Under the pieces are notes generated by a model, which saw only the letters and a program-made list of their open reading frames with translations, was not told where the DNA came from and ran no database searches. From positions 71,964 through 105,836 of IMG/VR virus record IMGVR_UViG_3300010167_000860: a DNA stretch of 33,873 nucleotides; one strand, 5' to 3'. Every line of letters begins with the position of its first letter. Positions within the stretch are counted from its first letter, which is position 1. A program made the position numbers and the translations under genes. Source of the DNA: a virus. Positions 1 through 10,421 of the stretch are shown one piece after another.

Positions 1-1352
1 CCTGCTTTTCCTGTTCCTTTTAAAGCATACTGTCCTATTTCTCCTCCTATCCTGCCAGCCCCTTCTAAAGTCATATTTCCTGAACTTCCTTCTAAACCAT
101 CTCTTATAGCACTTAAAAAGCCTCTGTTACCTGTATAACTCTTCCTAAACAGGTTTTTAAACATAACCATATTAGATATAGCAAGAATAGGGGCATTAAG
201 AGAAAATGTTACAGCAGCTACTCTTTTAGCATTTTTATCAATACTATTCATAGCCTCAGACATTCTTTGGTTGTATATTTGGTTATAAGCATTCTGGTAT
301 TCCTCTTCTGTATCATATATAGTCATACTTAAATCTTTCATAATATCATTATGAATAGACTGTTGTACTTCCTCAGAATTTAACTCCTGCATCATATTTT
401 GTTTAAATTCATCAGAGGTATGAATACCTTCTATCCTGCTTTCCCCTGCTACAGCAACTGCATTAGATAATATATTAGTAGCAGCTCCTCTTCATTTTAA
501 ACTATTAGCGTGATTAGCAAGTTCTTTACCTCAATTAGTAGGATTATTTATTATAGCCTTTTCAGCCTGTTTTACATATTTAGCTACATCTTTACTTGCT
601 CTTTGGGCAGTAGTTAATGATTCCCTTGCAGCTGTTTGTATAGCATTTCTTGCAGCAGCTGCTCCTGTCATTTTAGCAAATGCTAATCCACTTACTGCTC
701 CTGCTCCTACTGCTCCTAATGTAAAACCTACAGAAGTTAATCCTTCAGCCCAAAAAGCTACATCTCCCATATTTTTATATCATTGTCCTAATTCTCTATT
801 AGCCCTATATTGGTCAGAAGTATGTATTTTAAAAGCATCAGCAACTGCATTTTGTAATCCAAAAGTAACATTCTTTGAATATCAGTTATTAACAAAGGCA
901 TCTCCTAAGCTTGCTGCTCAATTAATATCCTCTTCATCACTTGTTGCATTTAATAAAGATTGATAACCTAACTGTAATAACCCAGCAGCAGTACCTATAA
1001 AACTATCAGCAAAGGTAGTTCCTGCTATAGCAAGCATATTAACTGCTGAGTTACCTAATTTACCTGCTGCTGATTGTCTATTAGCTCTTATATCTTCTAA
1101 TGATTGGTCTCCTTCAGTCAATCTTCTTCAGGGAATATTTTGGTCAAATTTACTTTCTCCATAATCATCAGGTAGTAAATGCCCTATCCTACTATCCATA
1201 TTTCTTTGGTTAGCATAATTATGAAGAGTACCTTGCCCTAATCAAGGAGTTGCTGAAGATATTGTATTATCATTTCCTGGTTGTATTACATCCTCTTTTG
1301 TAAATAAATCATCAAATTGATTAGGTATTATTCCTTTTATATTGTATTTCAT
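1..1352 (-). CDS. N-terminal part of a very large virion cargo/ejection protein (crAss giant virion protein cluster); runs off the window
   Basis: ATG at 1352. Track ORFs 918..1121 and 531..770 share this frame and are separated only by TGA. Motif DYGESKFDQ...LEDIRANRQ followed by Gly/Ala-rich hydrophobic helices resembles N-termini of crAss giant virion proteins. Position follows the cargo genes. Confidence 0.7.
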
Positions 1353-1358
1353 ATTATA

Positions 1359-2063
1359 TTATAATTTTATAGGTATTTCTTTACTCTTTATTCTATTTTC
1401 TTCTATTTTTAAAAATTCTTGTTCAATTATTGGGTTTACATATATAACAACAGCTAAACTAAAAGAGCTGGGGTGTTTTAAAACATCATTATTAGCTAAT
1501 AAATTTTTAAAAAACCCTTCTTTAATTACAGATATTTTAAATCTTTCGGAATGATTATTATGTTCATTTATTCCAACTTTATATTCAACCTTCAAATTTT
1601 TATTGTAATCTCTAATAAAATGTTTTTCTTTTATAAATTTGCTATAATTGTCTATAATAACTTTAGTATCATTAAATTTACCAAATTTACTAACTATTAA
1701 ATCATATAGACTTTCTGCTTTTGTTATGCCTAATCCTTCATAATCAACTACAACCATACAAAGTTTATTATCATAAAAATAAAAATCTCTTCTTTTTATA
1801 TGGGTTTCATTAACATATTCAATATATAACATTAAATTTTCATTTCTCATATAATAATAAGGGACATTCTTGTAATTATTAGAACTTTTTAAAAAGAAAG
1901 GTTCTACAGCAGGATAATACTTCTTAACCTCCTCAACACTTGCGCCCCATTCTACTTTATCATATCCTATAATAGGAGATTGTGAATATAATACTTTAAT
2001 AAAAAATAATAATATTAAAGTAAACAAGTTTTTATTTTTTAAAATATTTTTTAATTTTTTCAT
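1359..2063 (-). CDS. Hypothetical exported protein (signal peptide-like N-terminus), third gene of host-like cassette
   Basis: 234-aa ORF intact in standard code. Basic N-terminus, hydrophobic stretch and VLYS-Q cleavage-like site. Confidence 0.65.
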   Translation of the reverse strand: MKKLKNILKNKNLFTLILLFFIKVLYSQSPIIGYDKVEWGASVEEVKKYYPAVEPFFLKSSNNYKNVPYYYMRNENLMLYIEYVNETHIKRRDFYFYDNKLCMVVVDYEGLGITKAESLYDLIVSKFGKFNDTKVIIDNYSKFIKEKHFIRDYNKNLKVEYKVGINEHNNHSERFKISVIKEGFFKNLLANNDVLKHPSSFSLAVVIYVNPIIEQEFLKIEENRIKSKEIPIKL

Positions 2064-2090
2064 TATAATAGTTTATATTGTATATTATTT

Positions 2091-3155
2091 TTAAATTTGA
2101 ATTTTTAAACGGTATTCTTTAGGAATATAAGAATGTCTAAACTTTTTATAAGCAAGATTATGAGCTTCAATTTTTGTCCATTTCTTAATTATAAATTGTT
2201 TTGGAGCTTTAATTTTTTTAAAATTAATAGAATTTATATCCTTTATTACAACTTTAATTAATTTAACACATAATTCAGGATGCTGAAAGATTTGTTGTTC
2301 TGCGAACCTTATTACAATCCATTTATTATCTGTGAAAAAATCATTTCTTTTCTCATCAATAGATTTATGGTTTTCAAAATAATGAATAGGTTCTCCTGTT
2401 TCAGCATTATATGGTTCATCTATTTCTAAATTGATAACTATTTTTTTACTGTTATTAACTAGTATAAAATCAGGAAAATACCCCTTATTGTTAGAGTTAG
2501 GTATATAAATTTTACAGTCTGTATATATTTTAAAATTTTTAAGAATGTTTAGGAACGAAATAAAAAAAGTTTCAGATACTCCCTTTTTTATGTAATTTTC
2601 TTCGTAAATTTTTGAAATATCTAATGGAGAGTATTCAAATAAAAATTCTTTTAGTCTTTCTTGTCTAAATTTATAAATATTTTTTTTAGATTGAATATCT
2701 TTTTTATCCTTCTCAAATAAAACCATTAATTTTTTATACTCAATTTTGTCTTCTTCATATTTTTTTACTTTATTGTGGTAATTTTGTAAATCTTTCCGAT
2801 ATTTATTTTCTTTATCTATGTTAGATTCCCTAGAGCCAAAGTAAAATATACTACAAAAAACAACTAATATTATTAATATAACTAAATAAGTTATCATTTC
2901 CCCTCCCCCCACTATCCCATTACTTATAAGAATTATAATAGTAATAATAAAAATAGCACAAATAATTAGAAGTACACCTGGAGAAGAATTATCTTTTTCT
3001 GGGGGTTTTGGATCTTCAGGAAATTTTGGTTCTTTAGGCTCTTCTGGTAAAGGGGGGAAATCTTTACTTATTTTAATAATTTCTCTTGGTATATATACTT
3101 CTGGATATGTTTTATAGTTTGTTGAAGTAATATTAATTATTTCTGATATTTTCAT
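2091..3155 (-). CDS. Membrane-anchored PD-(D/E)XK nuclease, DUF559/Vsr-like
   Basis: 354 aa: Pro-rich linker, two hydrophobic helices, coiled coil, then C-terminal YFPDF...LEIDEPY...H...DEKRNDFF..NKWIVIRFAE, typical of DUF559-like endonucleases. Confidence 0.7.
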   Translation of the reverse strand: MKISEIINITSTNYKTYPEVYIPREIIKISKDFPPLPEEPKEPKFPEDPKPPEKDNSSPGVLLIICAIFIITIIILISNGIVGGGEMITYLVILIILVVFCSIFYFGSRESNIDKENKYRKDLQNYHNKVKKYEEDKIEYKKLMVLFEKDKKDIQSKKNIYKFRQERLKEFLFEYSPLDISKIYEENYIKKGVSETFFISFLNILKNFKIYTDCKIYIPNSNNKGYFPDFILVNNSKKIVINLEIDEPYNAETGEPIHYFENHKSIDEKRNDFFTDNKWIVIRFAEQQIFQHPELCVKLIKVVIKDINSINFKKIKAPKQFIIKKWTKIEAHNLAYKKFRHSYIPKEYRLKIQI

Positions 3156-3925
3156 AATACTAATTTACTAGTTATTAATTTTTTCACCCACGTAATAAAA
3201 CTTTTCACACAATTAAACTTTATAGGTTTAATATTTTCAAATTCTTTCCACCCTTCAGAATTTTTATACTTTTCTATTGATTTATAAGGAACTTTAAGAA
3301 CGCATTTTGTTTTATCCATTCCTCTAAATACTTTTTCTCCAAGTTTTTGGGGTTCAGTAGCATAATTTATAATTTCATTCAAACTTTTACATAAATAAAA
3401 AGCAGAGTATTCTATATATTTTACAGATTCTGGAATTATTATATAAGTTAAATTCAAACATTTACAAAAAGCATAACTTTCAATTGTTTCTACTGAATTG
3501 CCAATAATAATAGACTGTAAATTATGACAATCTCTAAAAGAATGATTCCCAATATTAGTTACAGAATTTGGAATAATAACAGAAGTTGCAAATTTACTTT
3601 TATCAAAGGAATAGTCTCCTATTGAAGTTATTCCATTTTCTATAATAATATTATTATAACAGTCTCTGTAATAATACCAAGGGGAAGGATAAAACCACGC
3701 ATTTTCTTCTGGATTATCAAAAGACTGATAATCTGGAATTACCCCATTACCTTTAATAATAATTGTTTTATTATCATAAATAGTCCATTTAATATCACTT
3801 TCTGTATCCCACTTTCTTCTATAATATGTATTTTTATTATATTCATATATTTTACCATATTCAGAAGTACAGTGTTTTTTTTCTAATTTTATTTCACCTT
3901 CATATAATATATTTTTACCACTCAT
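3152..3925 (-). CDS. BspA-type leucine-rich repeat (LRR_5) protein
   Basis: Repeats such as IIPNSVTNIGNHSFRDCHNLQSI and IIPESVKYIEYSAFYLCKSL, with C-cap LKVPYKSIEKYKNSEGWKEFENI. Ends at TGA overlapping the next ATG (ATGA). Confidence 0.85.
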   Translation of the reverse strand: MSGKNILYEGEIKLEKKHCTSEYGKIYEYNKNTYYRRKWDTESDIKWTIYDNKTIIIKGNGVIPDYQSFDNPEENAWFYPSPWYYYRDCYNNIIIENGITSIGDYSFDKSKFATSVIIPNSVTNIGNHSFRDCHNLQSIIIGNSVETIESYAFCKCLNLTYIIIPESVKYIEYSAFYLCKSLNEIINYATEPQKLGEKVFRGMDKTKCVLKVPYKSIEKYKNSEGWKEFENIKPIKFNCVKSFITWVKKLITSKLVL

Positions 3926-3944
3926 TTTTATCAGTTTAAAAATA

Positions 3945-3952
3945 CAAAGATA
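3945..3952 (-). promoter_or_regulatory. Bacteroidota sigma-A -7 element (TATCTTTG) upstream of the 3-gene cassette
   Basis: Matches TAnnTTTG, about 20 nt upstream of the ATG at 3925, in an intergenic gap. Confidence 0.55.
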
Positions 3953-3986
3953 TATAGTATTTTTTAATTTCCTATCATTTTATTTG

Positions 3987-6422
3987 TTAATCATCAAAAG
4001 GATTAGTCTTTGAAGAGGATAATGATGATAACCATCTATCATTAAATATATCTTGAACATACATACCATATAACCTTTCTAAAGTTATTATATTCTCTTT
4101 TACTTCCTTTCCTTTTTTCCTCATTTCCTCCTTTACTTCATTACTTATAGTGTCTATATAATAAGTAGCAAACGGATTTTTACCTTGATAAACTCTTTGT
4201 ACATCATAAGTTTCTCCTCTATAATTAAACTCCCCGTTAAAGAAAAAAGGAGTATTCCTAAAATGAGAATAAGCAGCATCTACAAATTCAAAATTAGTTG
4301 CCATTAACCCGTCAACAACTGATACTGTATAATTATTGCCTTTTTTATCTTTTACTTCATAATCCATAGTTGTTCTACCTACTTTATCATTAGATGAAAA
4401 TCCTAAATATGAATTATCTTCCCTTGCTTTTTCCTTTATATAATCAGAAGTTAAACCTTTACTATTTAATTCTCTATCAGTAAGTCTTTTCCCCGAACTA
4501 TCAAAAACATAATAAAGATTATTAGGAATATTATTAGCTACTTTTTTTATTAATCTCTTATCTGCTATAGTTATTGAATTATCATCTGCTAAATATCTTT
4601 GTCCTCCTAATATTGATTGGCTTTCTATATCTGCTAATACTAAATTTCTTACATCATCATCATCTAATCCAGGATATTTTTCCTTCATAACATCTAAACT
4701 TTTCATTAAATTACCATTATGAGAAAGTAGATCAATATTATTATTTATACCTTCTGCTGTTCCAAATTTAGATGTAGGACTATCACCTTGTAATGTTAAT
4801 CCTGTGGAAATTAATCCAACAATATTCATAGTTCTTGCTGCTGTCCCTACTGCTGCTGCTTTTTTCCCTAATTTTGCAGCAGTATCAGCTGATGCTTGCA
4901 AAGCTTTTCTATTTAATCTTCCTGATACAAAATTAGTAGTCAATGCCCCTGTTAAAAACAATGAACTTCCACCTGCTAATAACCCTGTAAGTAAAGTATT
5001 AGCTCCTTCACTGTCTATTATTCCTAACTCACTCATTTGTTTTACTACATCTTGTAATATATCAGGATTATCTCTGGATTCCTTGTATAAAACAGAGGCT
5101 ATTGTAGCATCAACAACTTGTTGAGAACCTCTTTGATTAAGGGATAATAATTTTTCATAATCTATTTCTCCTTCTTCAAAAGGATTAATAGTACTATCTC
5201 TCAACATTCTTTCAAAAGGAGTTAGATTTTTATTAAATTCTATAACATCCCTTCTTGATTTACCTGGACCTTCTTTAGACATTTCTTTAATTCCATAATA
5301 TAATTTATCTTCATAAGACATATTATCTACATCATATTTAGATCCTTCTCATTTGTTTGTGTTATTATTCCAACTTCTCACATTTCTTAAAACATCCTCA
5401 TACTGTTTAATTTTTTCTCTATCAGTCTTATTTATCAATGTTTCATTATTATCAATCATTTTTTGCTTATCTAACTCTGTAAGTTCCTTATCATTTGTTG
5501 TTCATTTAGGAACTCCACTGCCTCCTCCACTCCCTTTTAACCTCCTATCATCCCCCACAACATTATACTTAGTATCTAATATCTGTGGTTTAGTTTCTCC
5601 TATAGCAAAAGGATTCATTGTTGCTAAGGCATTATCAGCTTCCATACTTTGTTCATAATTACCCCATCCTGAGCCTGTACCATCTTCATTAAAATATCTG
5701 GGAGAGCCTATTCCGTGAGCATTTAAAAACCCATCTCTTACATCAGTTAAAAATTCTTCCATAGCTTCCCCTGGTTGTAATCCATAATGTAAAAGAGCTA
5801 CAAACTTATCAGGCATACTGGCTAATCCTTCTAACTTTCCTTGTTCATTAATTTTTAAAAACTGTTCATTTGTTAAAGTTTGTCCTCTTGTTATACCATT
5901 ATATAATCTTTGATAGTTTGATATAACTTTAGCATACTCTTCCTTCATTTGTTGTTTATCAAATACCTGAGACATATCAGGAGGTTGTAATCCATTATCA
6001 TACATTTCTGATGCTGATGTTCTATTAAACCCTACTATCTTACCTGAGGCTATCATATTATCCCTTTGTAGATTTACTGCATTTGATGCTTCTGCTGCTG
6101 CTGTAAACATACCTACAGTACCTGAGTATTGTCTTTTTAAATCATTAAAATGCCTCATAGTACTACCTGTAATTCCATTCTCTGATAAGGATTCAGCACC
6201 TTCTCTAAGACTTGTATTATAAGCATCTCAATCCCTTCTCATTTTACTTCCCTCAGGGGCATTTTCAGCTAAAAACCCTGCTTTAGCAGATTCAGACATT
6301 AATTCTCCGTATCTTTCTTCAGCCTTATCATGTCTTTCCCTCATTATCATAGCAGGTTGTAATATCTCCTGCATAGTCATAGGGGTATATTGAGCTTGTG
6401 TATAGTGATTATATCTGTTCAT
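3987..6422 (-). CDS. Virion cargo protein, about 811 aa (TGA=Trp)
   Basis: Track ORFs 6228..6422, 5502..6158 and 3987..5321 are one frame joined by TGA codons. N-terminus MNRYNHYTQAQYTPMTMQEILQPAM resembles the crAss protein that follows cargo protein 1. Confidence 0.75.
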
Positions 6423-6433
6423 TTTATTATATT

Positions 6434-9400
6434 TTATCTTTTATTTTTCCTTACAGGAGGTAATATTAATTTTCCACCTTTTGCTGTTCAGTTTCCTTTT
6501 GGCCCATATCCCATTCCTAAATTCATTGCAACCTCTTCCCACCTTCTTTCCCTTCCTATTTGTCCTAAATTAGTTCCTATTCCTGATAAAAAGGCACTTC
6601 TTTGATTTTCTAATGCAGCTTTATTTTGGGCATTTATATCATTAGCTCTTTCCCTTGCTTGGTTATTAAACATTTGAGCCTGCATATCAGCCTGTGCATT
6701 TCTACTGTTAATATCAGCATTAAATGCTAATGCCTGATTTCTTCTATTCATATTTTCATTTTCCCCTTGTCTTAAAGCTTCATATTCTGCTGCCTGTCTA
6801 TCTCTATTAGATTGCATCATATAAAGATTGGATAAAGCAGAGCTTCCTAAAGCCCCTGACTGTAAAGCTTTATCCTGACCGGCAAATCTTTGTCTTATAT
6901 TATTTAAAGCATAAGAGCTGTCTGTAGGGTTATAATTCATTTTGTCATATAACATTTGAGGTTTTACAGTATAAGGATTTACAGTCTCAGGTTTTTTTCC
7001 TAAAGTACTTAAATATTGTCCTAAATTAGATAAAACAGGTGCATACTCTAATAAAGAGTTGCTATCAAATCCTGCCCCTTGTCTATCAGCTTTATTTCTT
7101 ATATTTTCTTGTTGTTTAGCATTTAATGCTTCAAATGCTTCCCTGCCTGCTTTAAGATTAGCTAATGATGCTTCACTTTCCCTTTTAGCTTTTTCAGCTA
7201 TATCTTTTGGAAAAGCTGGGAATGTAGGATTAGTAGAGTAGGGGGAGTTAAGTTTATTAACTACGTCCTTTTCATTAACTTGAGCTTTCTTTTCTTTAGG
7301 CTGTGTAGATACTCTTTGTTGCCCTGTAGAAGTTCCTGAAGGTTTAGTTTCAGTTGAGGGTTTAGACTTACCAGAATCTCTTAAAGCTCTTATATTTTCA
7401 ATAGCCTGTCTCTTTTTTTCTGCATCATCATACTCTTTAACAGTTTGTTGCTTAGGAGTGTTAGAATTATTAGAAGGTTGATGAGTAGATAAAGGATCTC
7501 AATCAGGAATATTATCTTGCATTCAGGGTATATTATCTCTTCAATCTCCATATTTACCAGTAAATTCTCTATTATTTGTAGGGACACTTTCTTGTACAGA
7601 TTTAGGATTTATACCTAAAACATCTCCTAATTTACCAAATCTTTCAGGAGAATTTCAAGCATCTTTCATTTTTTCTTTTGCCTCTTCAAGAGTAATTGCT
7701 TTTGGTCTGTTTTTTACTTCATTTATTTCTGCTACTTCATTATTATTAACAGATTGTCTTCCTTTATTTATTTTATCTAAATTAGACATCCATTGTTCCT
7801 TAACTTGTTTTTGTTTATCTGCCTCTTTATTTTTATTTAGTATTTGTTGTGTTTTTCTAATATTGTCTGTAATAGAACTTATCCTTTTATTCTCTTTATT
7901 ATAAGAATCATCAATTTTTTTAAACATAGTATTTTGTGAATCTTGAACATCTTGCACATAATCTTGTATTTTATTAAATTCACTTTCTATATGTTTCTGT
8001 ACAGTTTTTTCTTTAAGAACATTGTCTTTTATATTCTTTGTTTTATTACTAATCTCCTTAGATATTTTTAAAGCTTGTGTTTTTGCATCTTCCTTATTAA
8101 ACCCCGCTTTCTCTAATCTCCCAGTTAATTCAATATAATCATTGTAACTGACATTATATTTATTATTATTATATTGACGACTGTTTAAATATTCTTTTAT
8201 GCCTCCAGGCATATCTAAAGTATTTACATAATTTGCAACTTCTTCATTATACTTACCCTCTTTTGTTAAACTGTCCTTAATAAATTCTCTATATTTTGCA
8301 TCTCTATCCTCTTCTTTAAGATTTAATCAAGCCTGAAATATTTCTGGATTATTAAAAAATTTATTTGTTATATCTTGATGTCTAATATCTATATTTTTTA
8401 TTGTATCTGTTTTACCCCCTTTTTGAAATAAATTACCCCCCATAGCCATCTGTTGCTGCATACCTTGTCCTATAGCCCCAAATTTATTCATAAGTATATT
8501 AGTTAATTCTTTAGGCATACTTTCATCAGCTATACCTGTACCTACTAATTGAGTATAATAATCAGATTTTTCTTTTAAATGGTCTTGTGCTATCTTTTTA
8601 GCCTTTTTAGGACTGTTAGTATGCTCCATCTCTACCCTTATACCAGCATTAAGCTCAGGATTTCCCTCTGATAGTTTTCCTATCCTATGCAATTTACCTC
8701 CTTTACTAAAAAGGTTATTTGTATCTTCTTTCATTGTTTCCTGTGTTATCATTAATTTAGCTAAACTTGTATCCCTACCTCTTTGAGAAATTAAATCTAA
8801 CTCCCTTTCCTCACTTTCTTCATTTAATTTCTTTGAGGCTTCAGCAAATGTTTTATTCTTTAAATTTTTAGGTAATAGAAATTTCTCTAATTCCTCTTTC
8901 CCTGGTTTCATTCTATTTGAAAATATATAATCATTTCATTTAGTTTCTCCTTCCTCAACAAAATTAGGTTCTCCATTTTCACCTATACCTTGCATAATAC
9001 CTTGGTTAGGATTTTCCTCATGTGTGCCTCCTACATTAAAAGTAGTTAAAGCATTTGGCATATTTAAAAATCCATACCCATTAGATAAAGCTCCTCCCAT
9101 AGCTCTTGAATGATCCATAGGGTTATAGGGAATATGTGGTTTATAGTTTTCTAATAATTTTAATCTCTCTGCTGTCTGATTATCTCTTAAATCCTTCATA
9201 GTACTTTCTTTTCAATTTTGATACCTTTTAGTAGGTTTATCTCTAGAAGACATTAAAAGTGCATCTAAATAACTAAAAGGAATATCTGAAGAGGAAAGCA
9301 TTGGGGATACAGGTCTTGAGGTAGGAGGTTTATTAGTATTTATTTGCTGTGAAACAATACCCCCTTTGTTGTACAGGTTTTTATTTATTGAACTTCTATC

Positions 9401-10003
9401 CAATAAAAACTGATTATAACCTGTACCTCCCTGTGATACTATAGGAGGCATATATCCTCCATAAGCCCCATAATTTGGATAATAATTATCTTGATTTCTT
9501 AAAAAAGATGCTTGGTCTAATTCATTAAGTCTAGTATTTTCTGCCATTACATTTTGTGCAAATATATTATTTGCTTTCTTTGCAGCATTTCACTCTTTTC
9601 TCTGATTTTTAAATTTATTTATATGCCCTAATGTACCACTAACTGAGGCAAAAATGCCTCCTACTAAAGGATTACCTGTGGACATTCCTCCCTGAAATCC
9701 TCTGCCTGAATTTAATAATCCTGACATAAATACTTCACCCCTTGCTCTTCCTGACCTGGGATTTGTAAGATTATCTAATGGATTTTTATGTGAAAGAACT
9801 TGTGCTGCTAAATCTGATTTAGTTGAAGCATTTACTGAATTATCATATTTATTAGGATCAACTTTATTAAATCAAGTATCAACAGTTTCCATAACATCTG
9901 GTATTATAGCCCCTGCCATTCCCCCTACAGCATCCATATTAAATCCCCCTTCTCCAAGGTAATTTCCCCTTCTTTTAGGTAATATATATTTATTTGTATT
10001 CAT
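6434..10003 (-). CDS. crAss cargo protein 1-like virion protein, about 1189 aa (TGA=Trp)
   Basis: ATG at 10003; five track ORFs share the frame; TAA at 6434. Contains the conserved crAss motif GGTHEENPNQGIMQGIGENGEPNFVEEGETK(W)NDYIFSNR and LLEYAPV. Confidence 0.8.
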
Positions 10004-10387
10004 AATTTATTTATTTTTATTCATTTATGTTAAAGAAAATTTATTTGTTAAGAGATTTATAATTCATTCCTTATCTTTATTTTGTTATATATAACAATAG
10101 TAATAATAAATTATTTATTTTTAAACCCTTATGTTTATGAGAACAATGGTTTTTTTCAAAATCCTTATAAGGATTGAATGAGTAATCAACTGGTTGGTAA
10201 GGATAATACGTAAGATATGAGTTATCATATTTTTTGTATGATGCCTTTATCAGTTGATTACCACAATTAACTGGTAAAGTTAATTATTACAGAGGTTTAG
10301 GGAAATAACCACAAGTACCTAAACCTTGTTTTTTTATAAATCTCCATAACAAATAAATCTTCATATTTTAACATTTTATTTTTTTCA

Positions 10388-10395
10388 CAAAAGTA
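10388..10395 (-). promoter_or_regulatory. Bacteroidota -7 element (TACTTTTG) upstream of the structured intergenic region and cargo operon
   Basis: TAnnTTTG match just downstream of the muzzle gene stop. Confidence 0.5.
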
Positions 10396-10421
10396 TATAT
10401 TTTTTTATTTTTTACAAAATT

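Noticed and set aside
10287-10364. 25-codon ORF MKIYLLWRFIKKQGLGTCGYFPKPL within the structured element
   Set aside because: Too short to support; an overlapping frame gives a similar-length ORF. A leader peptide cannot be excluded.
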